NCBI GenBank assembly: GCA_965112735.1
Contig: OZ218952.1
Coordinates: 1,116,001-1,180,000 of the forward strand
DNA: 64,000 nt
Direction of reading: 5' to 3'
Origin: Phaeosaccion multiseriatum
Lineage: Eukaryota > Protista > Ochrophyta, other classes
Both the position numbers and the translations under genes were made by a program. Shown piece after piece: positions 1 through 12,972 of the stretch (position 1 is the stretch's first letter; each line of letters starts with the position of its first letter). The notes under the pieces are model-generated. The model had not been told where the DNA came from and ran no database searches. It saw nothing but the letters and a program-made list of their open reading frames with translations.

Positions 1-923
1 CAGCGCGGTGACCGTCTTCCTGACCGAGAGGGCCATCTTTTTCAACGAGCGGGCCAACGGGTACTACAGCACTACCACCTTCTGGCTGGCCAAGGTGCTC
101 TGCGACATACTCCCCCTGCGCGTGGTGCCCGTGAGCCTGCTCGGGAGCGTCATTTACTTTATGGTGGGGCTCCGGGCCGACGTGGGGCCCTTCTTGATCT
201 TCCTCCTCATCCTCGCCGTCACCTCCGTGGCTGGGGCGAGTGTGTGCCTGGCTTCGGGCAGCTGGATGTCCTCGTACGCCGCCGCCTCTCTCACGCCTTC
301 GCTGACCTTCACCTTCATGCTGCTCTTCGGAGGGGTGTTCGTCCAGATCGACACTCTGCCGGCCTGGCTCAGCTGGCTGCAGTACGTTTGTGAGTCAGCG
401 GGTCATGCATGAATTGAAATGACTTGCTGCCGTTTCCTGACCTCTTCTTCCTTTCTATCTGTCCCCTTGCACCCTTGCATCTCCTCCCTCCTCCCTCCCT
501 CTCACGTCCCGCTCATCACCGCTCTCGTAGACTATCTACCCTCCCACTCTTCACTGCTTTCGTAGGCTATGGCACTGCTCTATGATCCCGCGAAGTTGAT
601 GTCCCTCGGCTTATTCCTCATAATGCCCAGCCTCTCTGCCCCTCCCTATCCCTCCCCTGCTGTCACTGCCTGACCTGCACCGCCCAGCCATATTCAAGTA
701 CGCGTACGAGGCCCTGCTGATCAACGAGGTAAAGGGCCGCTTCTACCCGTGCGGACAGGCAGACCCCTCCACCACGGGCTGCCCCCTCTCGGGCGACGCC
801 TTCCTCCGCACGCAGGGCTTCAGGTCCGACCGCTTGCCCGTCGATCTGGCCATGCTCTCTGCCATCGCGCTCTTCTTCCTGCTCGTCTCCCTCTGGGGGC
901 TCAGCAGGACCAGGCTCACATAG
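1..923 (+). CDS. ABC transporter G family (white/ABC2 membrane domain), 3' end; exons <1-389 and 688-923
   Basis: Motifs 'ERAIFFNERANGYY' and 'DILPLRVVP'; GT-AG join gives 'WLQYVSIFKYAYEALLINEV...CPLSGDAFLRTQGF'; TAG at 921-923. Confidence 0.9.
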
Positions 924-1623
924 CTAGCTAGCTAGACAGGTCGAAGGCGGGCGTGATAGGCCCTCGTCGGGAGGCGGGGCAGAGAGCGGTTTAGCTAGTG
1001 GCTGGCAGGCTCGTTAGCAACTCGAGGTAGTTAGAAAGGAGAGCAAGAAGAAAGAGGAGGAGGGTCGTTGCCGTGACAGACACACGCGCACCCCACAGCT
1101 GGTGGTAGCAAGGCAGGGGTGAGCGCTCTGGGGGGGGGGGATGTCAGCACCAGCCAGGGGAGGCACACATGACCAGCCACGGCCAGCCAGCAGACTGCCT
1201 TGACTTGCCTCATCCAGAGGGCGGGCACTTCCATCGAGGCAGGGGGTCACTCGAGAGGGTGGGCACTTTGCTTCTCCTTTCACACCCGACCCTACGCGGT
1301 CTCGCACGCACCCACGCCGTTGTCTTGCCGCAGTGGGCAGCAGTGTATGGCAAGCGTGTCCGGTCAACAGGCACAAGTTGTGTTACACAGCCCAAAGGAA
1401 GCTTGTTGCAAACAATTCGGGGATTGACGATTATTCTTAGAAAACCTGGGTGCACAGAAGGAATGCGGAGAGGGAGGGGGAAGGAACCTCAACCCCTTGT
1501 GTCGTCGATTGTCGACCGTTACCCGACCGGCCCGACCGTCCCGCCCAAACAGGCAAGCTGAAACTGAAACCGAAACTGTTACTTTGGGGGGGCGGGGATC
1601 ATTTTATCGGATTTTGTTGTACC

Positions 1624-4412
1624 ATGGCGGCGAAGGCTCGGCGCCGCTCTTCGCTCCTCGATGATCTTGTCCGGCGTAAGTCGCAGGTGGGTTTGTGTCG
1701 GCGTCGAAAACTGTTAGAGCAAGCCCCACGCGGTTTAAAGTTTTTTTTTCTCTCTCTTGATCAAAGCCTCTGTCTGACAAAGGCTTGCTAATAACGGACC
1801 ACACGTTCTTGTCTGCCACATCTATCGCTCTGTCGTGTCTTACGGGCTACAGATCGGGCCGCAGGTGGCCGAGATCGACTCCAATCCGCACCGGTTGGCG
1901 CAGTTCGGCATACTCGACCTGCTCAAGAAGAACATCGACGGGGGCTTTGAAGTCAACACACCAGGTAATGTACAAAAAGCAGAAGGAAAATGAGGACAGG
2001 ATTGTCAAATTAATGATGTAGGTTAGCAGCGGTAGCATGGGGGCAGCGCTGCGGTACTCGCAAATGAATGATCAGCCAGTAGTCTCATGGCGATTCCGCC
2101 ACCTCTTCGTCGCGGTGTAGTAATTGTGTGTATCAAGCTGCTTACAGGCCGCATCACAAGGAACCACGCTCAAAGCACCTCATCCAACTTGTCATAGTAG
2201 GACTTACTGAGCAGCCTGGACGCGCTGTTGTCTCTCTCACTCCGCCGCAGATGAAAGGCATATGACGCCTCTTCTATGGGCTGTGAGAAGTGGTCACGCA
2301 GAGGTTGGTGTCGGCGAGAGACAGGCTGATAGCCTGGCTGCTGGGTAGGACATTGTTTATCGTGTGGTTGTGGGAATGATGCTGTTTCTCTTCAATTGCA
2401 TCGTCCCACTGCTCTCTTGTCTTCTCATGCATTGACTGGGCCCACCCCACTCACTACTCCCCACCTGTGTCCCTCACTCACTCACTTACTAAAATCACCG
2501 TCGCTCACACAGGTAGCCTCATATCTCATTGAGAGCGGCGCAGACATAGAAGGAGCCGGGTACGGCGGGCTGCGGCCCCTGCACCACGCGTGCAACAGCA
2601 TACACGAAGACTGTATAGCCATGCTTCTGGAAAAGTGAGTGTGACTTCAGTCGAGTGGTGTCAGGAGGGTGTGAGCAAGAGGACAGTACTTCGAAAAGTG
2701 ATGAGTCTAGAGGAGGGTGGCTGCGGTACCCCTCGACTCACTCATGAGGAAGCCTGAGCCAGCTGCCCGCCCCAGCGCTCGGTCCCAAACCCTCACGAAC
2801 CCCCCCCTCGATACCAATATCCTTGACTTGAATGGTACTTAACTTGGGTCTCCTCGTCACAGAGGTGCGGACCCCAACGCCGAGGACGAGCTGGGCTGCT
2901 CTTCCATGCATTACGCTGCCTCCCGGGGGGTACTCAACATCATCACTAGGCTCCTTGAGAAGGTGAGAGGAGGAGGGGCTGAGGGAGGGGGAACTTGTAG
3001 TGACTTGTAGAGGAGGGGCGGAGGGAGGGGTGGCAAGGAGGAGGAGGAAGTAAGAGGCCATTGCGGGTTAGTGTTCACCCTCGTATGGCCTCGGGCTTAG
3101 GTTGGGCGGAATCGTGTGAGTGTGTGTGCGTCTGTGAGTGCGTGCATACATGACATACACATACGGAAAGGAAATTTGGGGGGCACGGACGGTCAGCCCT
3201 ACTGTAGGCAGCAGCCAACGGACAGCGAGATGATAGATGACAGCCAACGGACAGCAAAATGAAAGCCCGGTGGAGCGATAGGTGTGGCCGAGTTTCAGCC
3301 ATGAAGAAGCATACATGGCGGCAGAGGTGCTATCTTCTTTCACCCTCCTCATCGTCTTCTTCTCTTCTCTTCTCTTCCATCTGGTACCTTCGCTCTCCCC
3401 CTGCCCTTGCGCGGACCATCCATCCACTACCATCCGCCGTACGTACCCAGGACTCCTCCCCCACCTCGGCCAACCACGCCGGCGTAACTCCGCTCCACAA
3501 GGCCTGCGCTTTCGGACACGTGGCGGTGCGTTCGTTTGTCTCCCACATGCGCTGTCCGTTCTGCTCTTCTCTGCTCTAGCAGCGCTCTACTCTACTCTGT
3601 GGAGAGCGTGAAGCCCCCATCTATTCACTCGCCTAACCAACAACATCTACATACATATGTGTGTGTGCGTGTGTGTGTGCGTGTGTGTGTGCGTGTGCTT
3701 GCGTTCAGGTGGTGAAGAGGCTTCTTGCCGCGGAGGCCGACCCCAACTTTGGAGACAAGAAAGGGAACACGCCCCTCCACGTAGCGTCTCGAGCAGGGTA
3801 AGTGGACTAGGCATCTGCAGTCGCCAACCTGCTGCTCCGTTTGCTGAGGGAGGGCCGGCGGGGCAAGGCTCCCTCCACTTCTCCTCTACTCTCAAGCATC
3901 ACCGCAATACATGCCATGCAGCCCCTTCTCCTCCCGTCGGTGTATCTCCAGCCGCTGCTGCTGCTGTTGTCGCCTGGCTGTGTACCCCGCCACACGACTT
4001 GCTCAGCTCCTCATCTCCAACCCCTTCATCCAAACCCCTTGATCTTTCGTCCTCCTCTCCCTCCATCCATCCACTGCCATCTATCCGTCGCTTCAGCTTC
4101 GACGCCGTCGTTACGCTCATCAAGGACAAGGGAGGAGACGTAAGCAAGGCCAATCAGGTGTGTGTGTGTATGTGTGTATGTGTGTCTGCAACGCGCCCTC
4201 ATCCCCAGAGTGTTGAGCGTAGAAAGATGGGTGTTTTGTATTCGTATTCATTGCGTCCCCACCAAGCAATGTGTGCCTCTCTCATGCCCGTATACCTTCA
4301 GTCCGTCCTCCTTACCTCTGCTGCCCTTGGCTTCTGACTCTGGACCCCACAGGCCGGTAAGAAGCCCGCGGATCTTGCCCTCTCTCCCTCCACCGCAGCC
4401 CTCCTCGCTTGA
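1624..4412 (+). CDS. Ankyrin-repeat protein, about 9 exons
   Basis: Spliced exons give successive ANK motifs: TPLLWAVRSGHAEVASYLIESGAD, RPLHHAC, SSMHYAASRG, TPLHKACAFGH, TPLHVASRAG, GKKPADLA; TGA at 4410-4412. Confidence 0.85.
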
Positions 4413-4574
4413 GGGGCTGAGGGGATGGTAGTGGATGGGCAGGGCCGCCTCCTCGCCTGAGGGACGGGGGGGGGGTGGCAGTGGATGGGGCGGGGAGGCC
4501 GCCGGCACAGGAGGGTTTCCGAGGCGGGAGGGACCGAACGTAGATTCTAAGGATGACGTCATGATGACGGCATG

Positions 4575-4830
4575 TAGTAGCTGATGGACTGATGGCAGCG
4601 GATGGCAAGCTGACGGTAAGCTGATGTAAGCTTGGTGGGCTGATGGCAGCTGATGGTACGCGGACTGCAGCTGATGGACTGATGGTAAGCTGTAGAAAGC
4701 GGATGGTAAGCTGATGGACTGATGGCAGCTGATGGTATGCTGATGGCAGCTGGTGGACTGATGGTAAGTTGATAGAAAGCGGATGGTAGCTGGTGGACTA
4801 ATGGCAGCTGATGGTAAGCTGATGGTGGGT
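4575..4830. repeat. Degenerate minisatellite built of GCTGATGG(A/C/T) units
   Basis: Many copies of gctgatgg/ctgatggcagc/ggatggta downstream of the ankyrin stop. Confidence 0.8.
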
Positions 4831-5521
4831 ACAAGCCACAGTCAAGGAAGGAAGAGTTTCTGTACTTGCCTCGACAATCACCATAGCATTAGGAATACTT
4901 AACAACCAACCACCAACTATTTCAACGATGCGCACTCGCAACAAGTGGAGTCTCAGTCATGCCCTCTCCTCGCCCACCTGCACAGCCACCGAGTGCACAA
5001 CCACGGAGACGAATTTGAGGCCCGCCCTATGGCCTCCGCCAATGCCTCCCCAAGTTGTCCACCCACCCACCGCACCGCAGCCCTCACCCCTCGCTTCCAC
5101 CCGCCAACAAGTCAACAGGACCGTCTTGTGCTATCCTCTTGTCCTCTCCCTCTTCCCGATGATGCCGTGCCCTTCAGCAAGACAGGTCTCCCCCAGCCCT
5201 TCAGCAATCCCCTCCCTCCTGGAGAGCCCACCTCCCCTCGGGGGTCCCCCCCCCTTCTAGAGGGGTGAGCACTGTCCAACAAGCCTGACCACGGAAAGGG
5301 TTTCTGAGCACCATCCAGTGAGCCTCGCCATCCTGGGGTTCCTTCTCATCCTCCCTTCTCTGTGGCTCACTTGAGGGAAGGCCATCAGGTACGGAGAATC
5401 ACAACAACCACACAACCAACCAAAACCGTTTCCTCCATCCATCTCGATACTGATGCGGGTCAGGTGGTGGGGTTGTGTTGATGTGTTGGTGGTCTGACTC
5501 ACTCACTCACTTACACCAGGT

Positions 5522-5680
5522 ACTGACTGACTGACTGACTGCCTGACTGCCTGACTGACTGACTGACTGACTGACTGACTGACTGACTGACTGACTGACT
5601 GACTGACTGACTGACTGACTGACTGACTGACTGACTGCCTGACTGACTGACTGACTGACGGACTGACTGACTGACTTGAC
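5522..5680. repeat. (CTGA)n microsatellite
   Basis: Direct reading. Confidence 0.95.
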
Positions 5681-6173
5681 TGCCCGTCCCATCCCGCCGG
5701 ATGAAGGCCGAGCGCACGGATACTCCTTTCCTTCCCCCCCGCCCCCCCCCCTCCTCCACCTCTCCCTCTTGCCCCCTTTCTCCTCCTTGCAGTTCGTGCG
5801 TGCGTGAGTGCGTGGGTGCGTGGGTGGGTGGGTGCGTGGGTGCGTCGGTGCATCCTCCCCAATAAGCCAACAAACGGACCACATCGTGGGGCAGGGCCCT
5901 CCAAGGCAGAACGTCTCCTTTGGGATGCGAGACTGCTCCGAGCCGGCTTGGCAACAGGCATATGGGCAACAGGCCAGGACAGGCATATGGGCAACAGGCC
6001 AGGACAGGCATATGGGCAATAGGCCCAGGCAGGCCTTTGGGGTGTGGGGTCAACGGGTCGGCGTTCTCTCCTTCCCGTGTGCGTAGCCTCCCAGTGGCCG
6101 CCCATCCATCTTCCGTGGGGCTTGAAACTGTTCGTTCGACCCGAATCACTTTGCGTGTAATGCGACGGTCTCA

Positions 6174-7352
6174 TCATTGCTTGCTCATGTTCTTCTCCTT
6201 CTTCTTGTCGTTCCACCGGCGGCGGAGGGGGCGAAGGACCACCCTCTTGGCCGCCACTGCACACGCCACGAGCAACCTCCAGGGCAGCACTAGGTAGAGC
6301 CGCAGCACGCCCCCCACAGACAGCTGCAGTAGCTCCTCTCGGAGAGCTGCTCTCTCTTGCTCTCGTGTTCTGTTCCTCTCCCCAGCAGCACCAGCGGTCG
6401 TCGACGTGCTTCTCCTCCGTGGCCGGTCGGGCATATCGCCATACAGACCAGCAGTGGTGCCAGTGCATGATGATGGTGACGATAATCGCACCCCCTCCCC
6501 CCGTCCCTCCTCCTCCTCCTTTTCTTCCTCCTCCCTCCTGCTCGGTCTCTGTGGGGCTGCTCCAAGCAAAGCCGCTAAGCGAGCACGGGCACGGGGCTCC
6601 ATATCACGATAGAGACGCGACTCCTCCTTCCTCACGCCTTCCAAGTGAAGGGCAGCGGCACCAGCACTGGACGCATCGGGTGCCATCTTGACCGCGTGAG
6701 CGAGGTCTGCACGAGCTCTATCGAAGTTGCCCAGGCCAAAGTGAGCCTGACCCCTTCGAGAGAGGGCCTTGAAGCACGAGCCATCCAGAGAGAGGGCCTG
6801 GGGAGGGGGGTGGAGAGGGAAGGGGGACAGAGGCAAATAGGGGGCAAGAGGTGAGGTAGGTGGGCCAGCGAGAGGGGCGGAGAGGGAGAGGGAGAGGGAG
6901 AGAGAAGGAGAGAGAGATAGGGAGAGAAAAAAGAGAGAGGGGAGAGAGAAGAGAGAGATGGATATCGAGAAAAGGGCCGTCATCATCAGGTGGCTGGGCG
7001 AGAAAGTGTGCTTAAATGCTTACCACGTTGCAGAGCTCCACTACCCGGCAGTACTTTTTCATGGCCAGCATACACGCGGCAAGGTTGCACAGCACTGGAA
7101 GCTGAAGCTCATACATCGTAGAGTCCATTTGCGGCCCGTCCTCTTCCCCCGAAAGTGCAGCGGCCTCGCTGCTCCTTTTCGGATTCAAGCCGGCCAGGCA
7201 TTGCATGTAGGTGCTGCAGGCCTTCTCGTATCTGGCACGGGCCAGCAGCAGCAGTGAAGTGGTGGCGGGTGGGGAGGAGAAGGGGGATGAGAGGCAACAC
7301 TTCCCCCGCTTCTAGAAAAAAAGGTGAAGTACCCCCATTCGAAATGAACCCT

Positions 7353-7393
<41 letters not shown>

Positions 7394-7897
7394 CCTCTCT
7401 CCCTCTCCCTCATTCTCTCTCTGTATGCAATAAGTTTCCACTCACCTCCCCTCCCTGTACTGCTCGTTGCCTCGCAGTCGAGTCTCCTCGGCCCACTTCC
7501 TCTTCTCCTCCTTGTCCATGTGCTGCACCTCCCTCGCCGCCATCTTCACCGCACCGTTCATGTCTAGGCGCCGAATCTCGTCTTCGCTTGCTGGGGCCAG
7601 GCGTCCGTCTGGCAGCTTCCTCTTCAGCTCCGCCACCATCCTCTTAGGGCCTTTTCCACCTCCTTCAGTGGATTGAGCTGGGAACTCGCCATTCTGCTGT
7701 GGATCTCCCGACACTGCCGCTTTGGCAGCAGTCTCATTCATCGTGCGGAGGATGCGACTGACCACACCCTCCTCCTCCTGCTCCTGCCGCCAATGGTGCC
7801 CGTTCTTGGCCTCCACCTTCCCTGGGACCTCCTCGTCGTGGCAAGGGGCCAGGCAGGCCATCTCTCCCCCTGCCTCCCCCATGGGAGAGAGGTGCAT
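6174..7897 (-). CDS. TPR-repeat protein (co-chaperone-like TPR), 3 exons (~7897-7445, ~7230-7024, ~6798-6174)
   Basis: TPR helices 'AEETRLRGNEQYREGRYEKACSTY', 'VLCNLAACMLAMKKYCRVVELCNVALSLDGSCFKALSRRGQAHFGLGNFDRARADL'; inner exon edges approximate. Confidence 0.8.
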
Positions 7898-8193
7898 GAT
7901 CGGATGTGCAAGTCGCTCAACTGCCCAGTTGTCATTTGAGGAAGGGACGGATGTGAAATGCTGGTACCAACTCCCTCAAATGGGAATCCAAATGGGGAGG
8001 GAAAATTGATCCTTCTCTCGCTCTAGCACAGAGGTGACTGCATACTTTATACCGCACAGTATTCTTGGTTAAGGTGGGGTCCAGCAACCGAGAGAGAACA
8101 AACGACTCGGACAGAAGAAGCAGACGAGGACGACCTCAGTGGCGCAGGAGGATTCTTCTCCCCGCTGCGACACCAACTGAGGATATCATCCCT

Positions 8194-9898
8194 ATGTGTA
8201 GGCTCCTATTACTTGCTGTAGTGTTCTGTTCCGGTCCGTGTCTAGCGATGGCAGCAGCAGGAGCAACAGGAAATGGCCTGGCAAGCGCACGGGGAGCACC
8301 AACGACAAAAGCAGGAGAGGACGCCGAACCAGTTGAAAGCGGGACAGAGGAGGTGCATTGCAAGGGAACGGGGGGCTTCTGGCTACCCAATATTCGCCTA
8401 TGGCCACACTCCAAAGCCTACTTGGCAGGTGAGGAGAGCGTCGAGCCTGTCCGTCATCGCGTGGGACCGAGGGAACGCGCACGTTCTTCAGCTTTTGCTT
8501 GCTCTCTGTATCTCTCTTTCTGCCTCTCTCTTCCCCCTCTCTCCTTCTTTCTCACCCCCATCTCTGCTTCTCGGGCTTACTCCCCCTCCCTCTGTCGCTC
8601 TCGCCCTCCCTCTCGCTCTGTCTGTCTCTCTCCATCTCTCCTTGTGGGCGTACCTGTGCGTCAGACTACATGCAGCGGCTCAAGGACAGACGCTTCAATT
8701 GCCCAAAGGCCATCAAAGGAATAACCGCGATGCAACCCCCCATTGCCGCCGAGCCTCTGGCGAGCGCTCCCCCGGGCGGGTACCGCATCAACCACAGACG
8801 CACACGGCTGGGCAAGGGAGAGGATTGCTACCGAAGAGCCGTGCAGGTTGGTGTGTTCTCTCGCACCTTTCTTCCGCATCTTCCTTCACCGTGTCTGCCT
8901 TGCTTTGGCGTTCGTATACCCGTCTCCCTCCCTCCCTCCCCGAATCTCTTTACCGGCTCTTCCTTCCTCAAGGATGTCACCATCTGCGAGGACTGATTGC
9001 GCCACGCATGGTAGCAAGCTGTTAGCACGCCCCCTTCCCCCAACGACCACCCTAATCATCATTGTGCTCCCCCTTGCATGCCCACCTACCCACTACCTAC
9101 ATCCGTTCGCCTCACGCTTTCCTACCACACGCAACCAAACAAACCAACAAACCAAGGCCCTTCAAACCGGAGATGTAGTGAACCTGCTGGGATGGGCGCG
9201 GCTCCTATTCCAGGAGACAGACCACACTCGCTGGAGCACACATAAAGAAGCAGCAGCAGCAGCGGCGGCAGGAGTAGGAGGAGGGGTGCCGACCTCCGTG
9301 GTGACACACGTCAAGTGCCTGTGCTTCTGGATAGCCAACCCCTGTCGTCTTGTCAACGCGCAGTGGGACGCACGGGCCCCACGGGACGGCCCCGTCCCAA
9401 TGACTTACTCCAGCCTGGCCTTCTGCACGCTGGAGGGACACATGCTCGCGGGGGAGGAGAGGTGCGTGCGTGCGTGCGTTTGAGTGTGCGTGCGTGCGTG
9501 TGTGCGAGAGAGTGGGGGCAAGCGTCCCTTCTCTCTCCACCCTCACCCCCACCCCGGTCTCCCTACCCCTCTCCCTCCCTCTCGCGCTGCCGAGCTTGCT
9601 TGTTCTTTCCTTCCCTCCTCACCACCACAGCCTCCCTTCTCCCTTCTCTCCCTCCCTTCCTCCCTCCCTCCCTCCCTCCCTTCGCCCGTCCTTCTCCCTC
9701 CCCCTCCCTCATAGGTTCAGCGTCGAGTGGCACGACTCTGACGACTCCGTCGTGCTGGACATGTTCTCTGTGGCCAAGGGAGCGGGGCCCCTCGGGGCTC
9801 TCATCCTGCCCCTGTGCCGGCCCCTGCAGAAGGCCTTCTTCAGAGGGGTGGAGGCCGCCATGCAGCGCCTTCTTGGGGCTGGAGACGTGCCAGTCTGA
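8194..9898 (+). CDS. DUF1990/UPF0548 family protein with N-terminal signal peptide, 4 exons
   Basis: 'GYRINHRRTRLGKGEDCYRRAVQAL' and 'FCTLEGHMLAGEERFSVEW' match UPF0548 hallmarks; hydrophobic N-terminus MCRLLLLAVVF. Confidence 0.8.
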
Positions 9899-10318
9899 GG
9901 GGGTGTGTGTGTATGCGTACCTGCGTGCGTGCGTGCCTCTAGGCCATGCTTGGGGCCCGTCAGCCATATCTGGATCCTGACACCTGGCTGTGAGGTTGTG
10001 CCATGTGTGTCCTCTCGCTGAACCGAAGCAATGGGGTGTGGCTCTGCTGCTTGTTCGCTCTTTGAACAAGTTTCGGCCTTTCTGCCCTCGGTCGAGAGCC
10101 GGTGAGTGGGCCTTCGCATACCGAAAAGGTCTTCAGGTGAAGAGCCGAGGAGACTTTATTGTGGATTTAATAGGAATCATCTAGAAAGTGAATCTGGGGC
10201 CCACGAGAGGCCGGTTACAGAGGAGGTGCAAGACCGGCGCCGCGGTTGAGCCGAACTCAGGAAGGCGCGCTCTCGCTCTTAGAGCCTAGGCGAGGAGAAC
10301 AACGAGCCGAGGAGATGA

Positions 10319-10690
10319 TCGACCCCTGACACGCTATCCGCTAACGCTATCGCCGGCGCCAGCCGGCACGCTATCCGCTATCTCCGGCGCGCTATCCGCT
10401 ATCGCCGGCGCAGCCGGCTCGCTATCCGCTATCGCCGGCGCGCAGCCGGCTCGCTATCCGCTATCGCCGGCGCCAGCCGGCGCGCTATCCGCTATCGCCA
10501 GCGTCAGCTGCTACCGCACCGGGGGGGGGGGGGGGGGAGAGCTGACGCCAGCCGGCGCGCTATCCGCTATCGGCCGGCGCCAGCCGGCACGCTATCCGCT
10601 ATTGGCCGGCGGCCGATAGCGCGCTATCGGGCCCGCCGGGGCGCGATAGCGCGCTATCGAGAATGTGAGCGATAGCGTGTCAGGGGTCGA
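10319..10690. mobile_element. MITE-like non-autonomous DNA transposon, family A
   Basis: Perfect 20-bp TIR TCGACCCCTGACACGCTATC; 6-bp TSD AGATGA (10313-10318, 10691-10696); 8 internal GCTATCCGCTA units with GCCGGCGCCAGCCGGC-type linkers; internal G-run. Confidence 0.9.
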
Positions 10691-10908
10691 AGATGAGAAC
10701 CGCACGTGAAGAACCAACACGCCATTCTCGGCTGACTCGTCCAGCACAGATGGCATCAAAAAAAAAAAAAAAAACAAAAAAAAAGTCTCTCTGCTAATAA
10801 GGTCGTAGAAACAGGCCGTGCGTCCCCTCATCTTCCTCTTTGTGGTCTTCAGGTGGAGTCCTGCGCAAGGAAGGAATAAATCGTGAGTTAAAACAAGGAG
10901 CCAAAGCC

Positions 10909-12933
10909 ATGTGGGGGAACAGGGTGGCGGGCTTCATTTCCGCTGCAGCAGGAGGGGGAGGAAGAGGAGGTGCTTATGCTGGTGGAGATGATGCTCGTAC
11001 TGCTGCTTTCACAAGCTCGTGCGGGAGATGGGCTGCTGCTGTGCACCGCCCTGCGGGAACACAGAACTCCTTCCTCACAGCAGCCCCGGTGCGTGTTGAG
11101 TGGGGATCGGCGACTCACTCGCTCCGCCTCCTTGGAGCCAGGGACCATCCTTATACCAGCAGGCCGCAGCAGGGACGAGGTGGTGGACGTACAGAACGAC
11201 AAGAGCAGATAGCGTTGACCAAGGAGATCCAGAGGCTTGGGAAGATGGGGGAATGGAGGGGAGTGGCGAGGGTGATTGAGGAGACGAAAGCAACGGGGAC
11301 TCGGATGGATGTCATTTCGTATAGCGCCGCTATTTCTGCAGTGGGTAAGGCTGGGCGATGGAAGGGTGCGCTGGCCCTACTCGACGAGATGAAGGCAAGC
11401 GGTGTTCAGCCCAATGTCATCACGTACAGCTCTGCGGTTTCTGCTTGTGGTAAGGCAGGAGAGCACGAGAAGGCGCTTGGCTTGCTGGAGGAGATGCTCA
11501 GGGAAGGACTTCAACCCAACGTCATCACATACAGCTCTGTGGTTTCTGCTTGTGGCCAAGCAGGAAAGCACGAGAAGGCGCTTGACTTGTTGAAGGAGAT
11601 GCGGAGGGAAGGGCTTCAACCCGATATCATCACGTATAACTCTGCAATTTCTGCTTGTGCCAAGACAGGAGAGCACGAGAAGGCACTTGACTTATTGAAG
11701 GAGTTGCGGAGGGAAGGGCTTCAACCCAATGAAATCTCTTACAACTCTGCTATTACTGCTTGTGGAAAGGCAGAAGCGCACGAGAAGGCGCTTGCCTTGC
11801 TTGAGGAGATGCGCAGGGAAGGCCTTCAACCTGATGTCATATCATTCAGCTCTGCCATGACTGCTTGTGGCCAGGCAGGAGAGTACGAGAGGACGCTGGA
11901 TTTGCTGGAGGAGATGCGGAGGGAAGGACTCCGACCCAATGAAATCTCTTACAGCTCTGCCATTGCTGCTTGCGGCAAGGCAGGAGAGCACGACAAGGCG
12001 CTTGAGTTGCTCGACGAGATGCGTAGGGAAGGGCTTCAACTCGATGAAATCTCTTACAACTCTGCGATCACTGCTTGTGGCAGTGCAGGAGAGCACGAGA
12101 AGGCGCTGGCCTTGCTTGAGGAGATGCGCAGCGAAGGCCTTCAACCCGATGTCATCACGTACAGCTCGGCCATTTCTGTTTGTGGCCAGGCAGGAGAGCA
12201 CGAGAAGGCGCTTGCCTTGCTTAAGGAGATGCGCAGGGAAGGGCTTCAGCCTGATATCATCTCATACAGCTCTGCGATTACTGCTTGCGGCAAGGCAGGA
12301 GAGCACGACAAGGCGCTTGACTTGTTGAAGGAGATGCGTAGGGAAGGGCTTCAATCCAATGTCATCACGTACAACTCTGCGATTACTGCTTGTGGCCAGG
12401 CAGGAGAGCACGAGGAGGCGCTGGCCTTGCTGAAGGAGATGCGCAGGGAAGGCCTTCAACCCAATGTCGTTTCGTACGTTTCTGCGATTACTGCTTGTGG
12501 CAATGCAGAAGAGTATGACAAGGCGCTTGCCTTGTTGCGAATGATGCGCAGCGAAGGCATCGAACCCGATGACATCACCTACAGCGCCGCTATTGACGTC
12601 CTGTCCGTACGCGAGCAATGGAGCTTGGCTGACGGCCTGTACGCAGAGGCTGTCACAACGGGTGTATTGTCGCATTGGGAGAAGGGCAACACAGGGAAGA
12701 TTATGGACTTGCATGGCCACTCGGAGTGGACCGGCAAGGCCGCCCTTCGCTACGCTCTTCAAATGGAGAAGGCGAAGGGCCAGATCACTGTCATCACCGG
12801 TCGAGGCCGCGGCAGCGTGGACGGCGTCAGCGTGCTCAAGCCTGCGGTGCTGGCGTACCTCAACGAAGAGTTCGGACTCCAGACCACGGGGCAGGGCAGT
12901 AACGAAGGCCGTGTGATGTTCGAAGTGAAGTAG
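10909..12933 (+). CDS. Intronless P-class pentatricopeptide repeat protein with C-terminal Smr domain (PPR-SMR)
   Basis: 12 consecutive 35-aa repeats (11311-12570) plus degenerate flanking repeats; Smr motifs 'MDLHG', 'ITVITGRGRGS', 'NEGRV'; first ATG at 10909. Confidence 0.93.
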   Translation: MWGNRVAGFISAAAGGGGRGGAYAGGDDARTAAFTSSCGRWAAAVHRPAGTQNSFLTAAPVRVEWGSATHSLRLLGARDHPYTSRPQQGRGGGRTERQEQIALTKEIQRLGKMGEWRGVARVIEETKATGTRMDVISYSAAISAVGKAGRWKGALALLDEMKASGVQPNVITYSSAVSACGKAGEHEKALGLLEEMLREGLQPNVITYSSVVSACGQAGKHEKALDLLKEMRREGLQPDIITYNSAISACAKTGEHEKALDLLKELRREGLQPNEISYNSAITACGKAEAHEKALALLEEMRREGLQPDVISFSSAMTACGQAGEYERTLDLLEEMRREGLRPNEISYSSAIAACGKAGEHDKALELLDEMRREGLQLDEISYNSAITACGSAGEHEKALALLEEMRSEGLQPDVITYSSAISVCGQAGEHEKALALLKEMRREGLQPDIISYSSAITACGKAGEHDKALDLLKEMRREGLQSNVITYNSAITACGQAGEHEEALALLKEMRREGLQPNVVSYVSAITACGNAEEYDKALALLRMMRSEGIEPDDITYSAAIDVLSVREQWSLADGLYAEAVTTGVLSHWEKGNTGKIMDLHGHSEWTGKAALRYALQMEKAKGQITVITGRGRGSVDGVSVLKPAVLAYLNEEFGLQTTGQGSNEGRVMFEVK

Positions 12934-12972
12934 ACACCACTGGTGATGAGTAAATGAATTACGATCGCAATG

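Noticed and set aside
10757-10783. Poly(A) tail of a PPR retrocopy
   Set aside because: The A-run is upstream of the gene, not at its 3' end, and similar A/T runs precede other genes here
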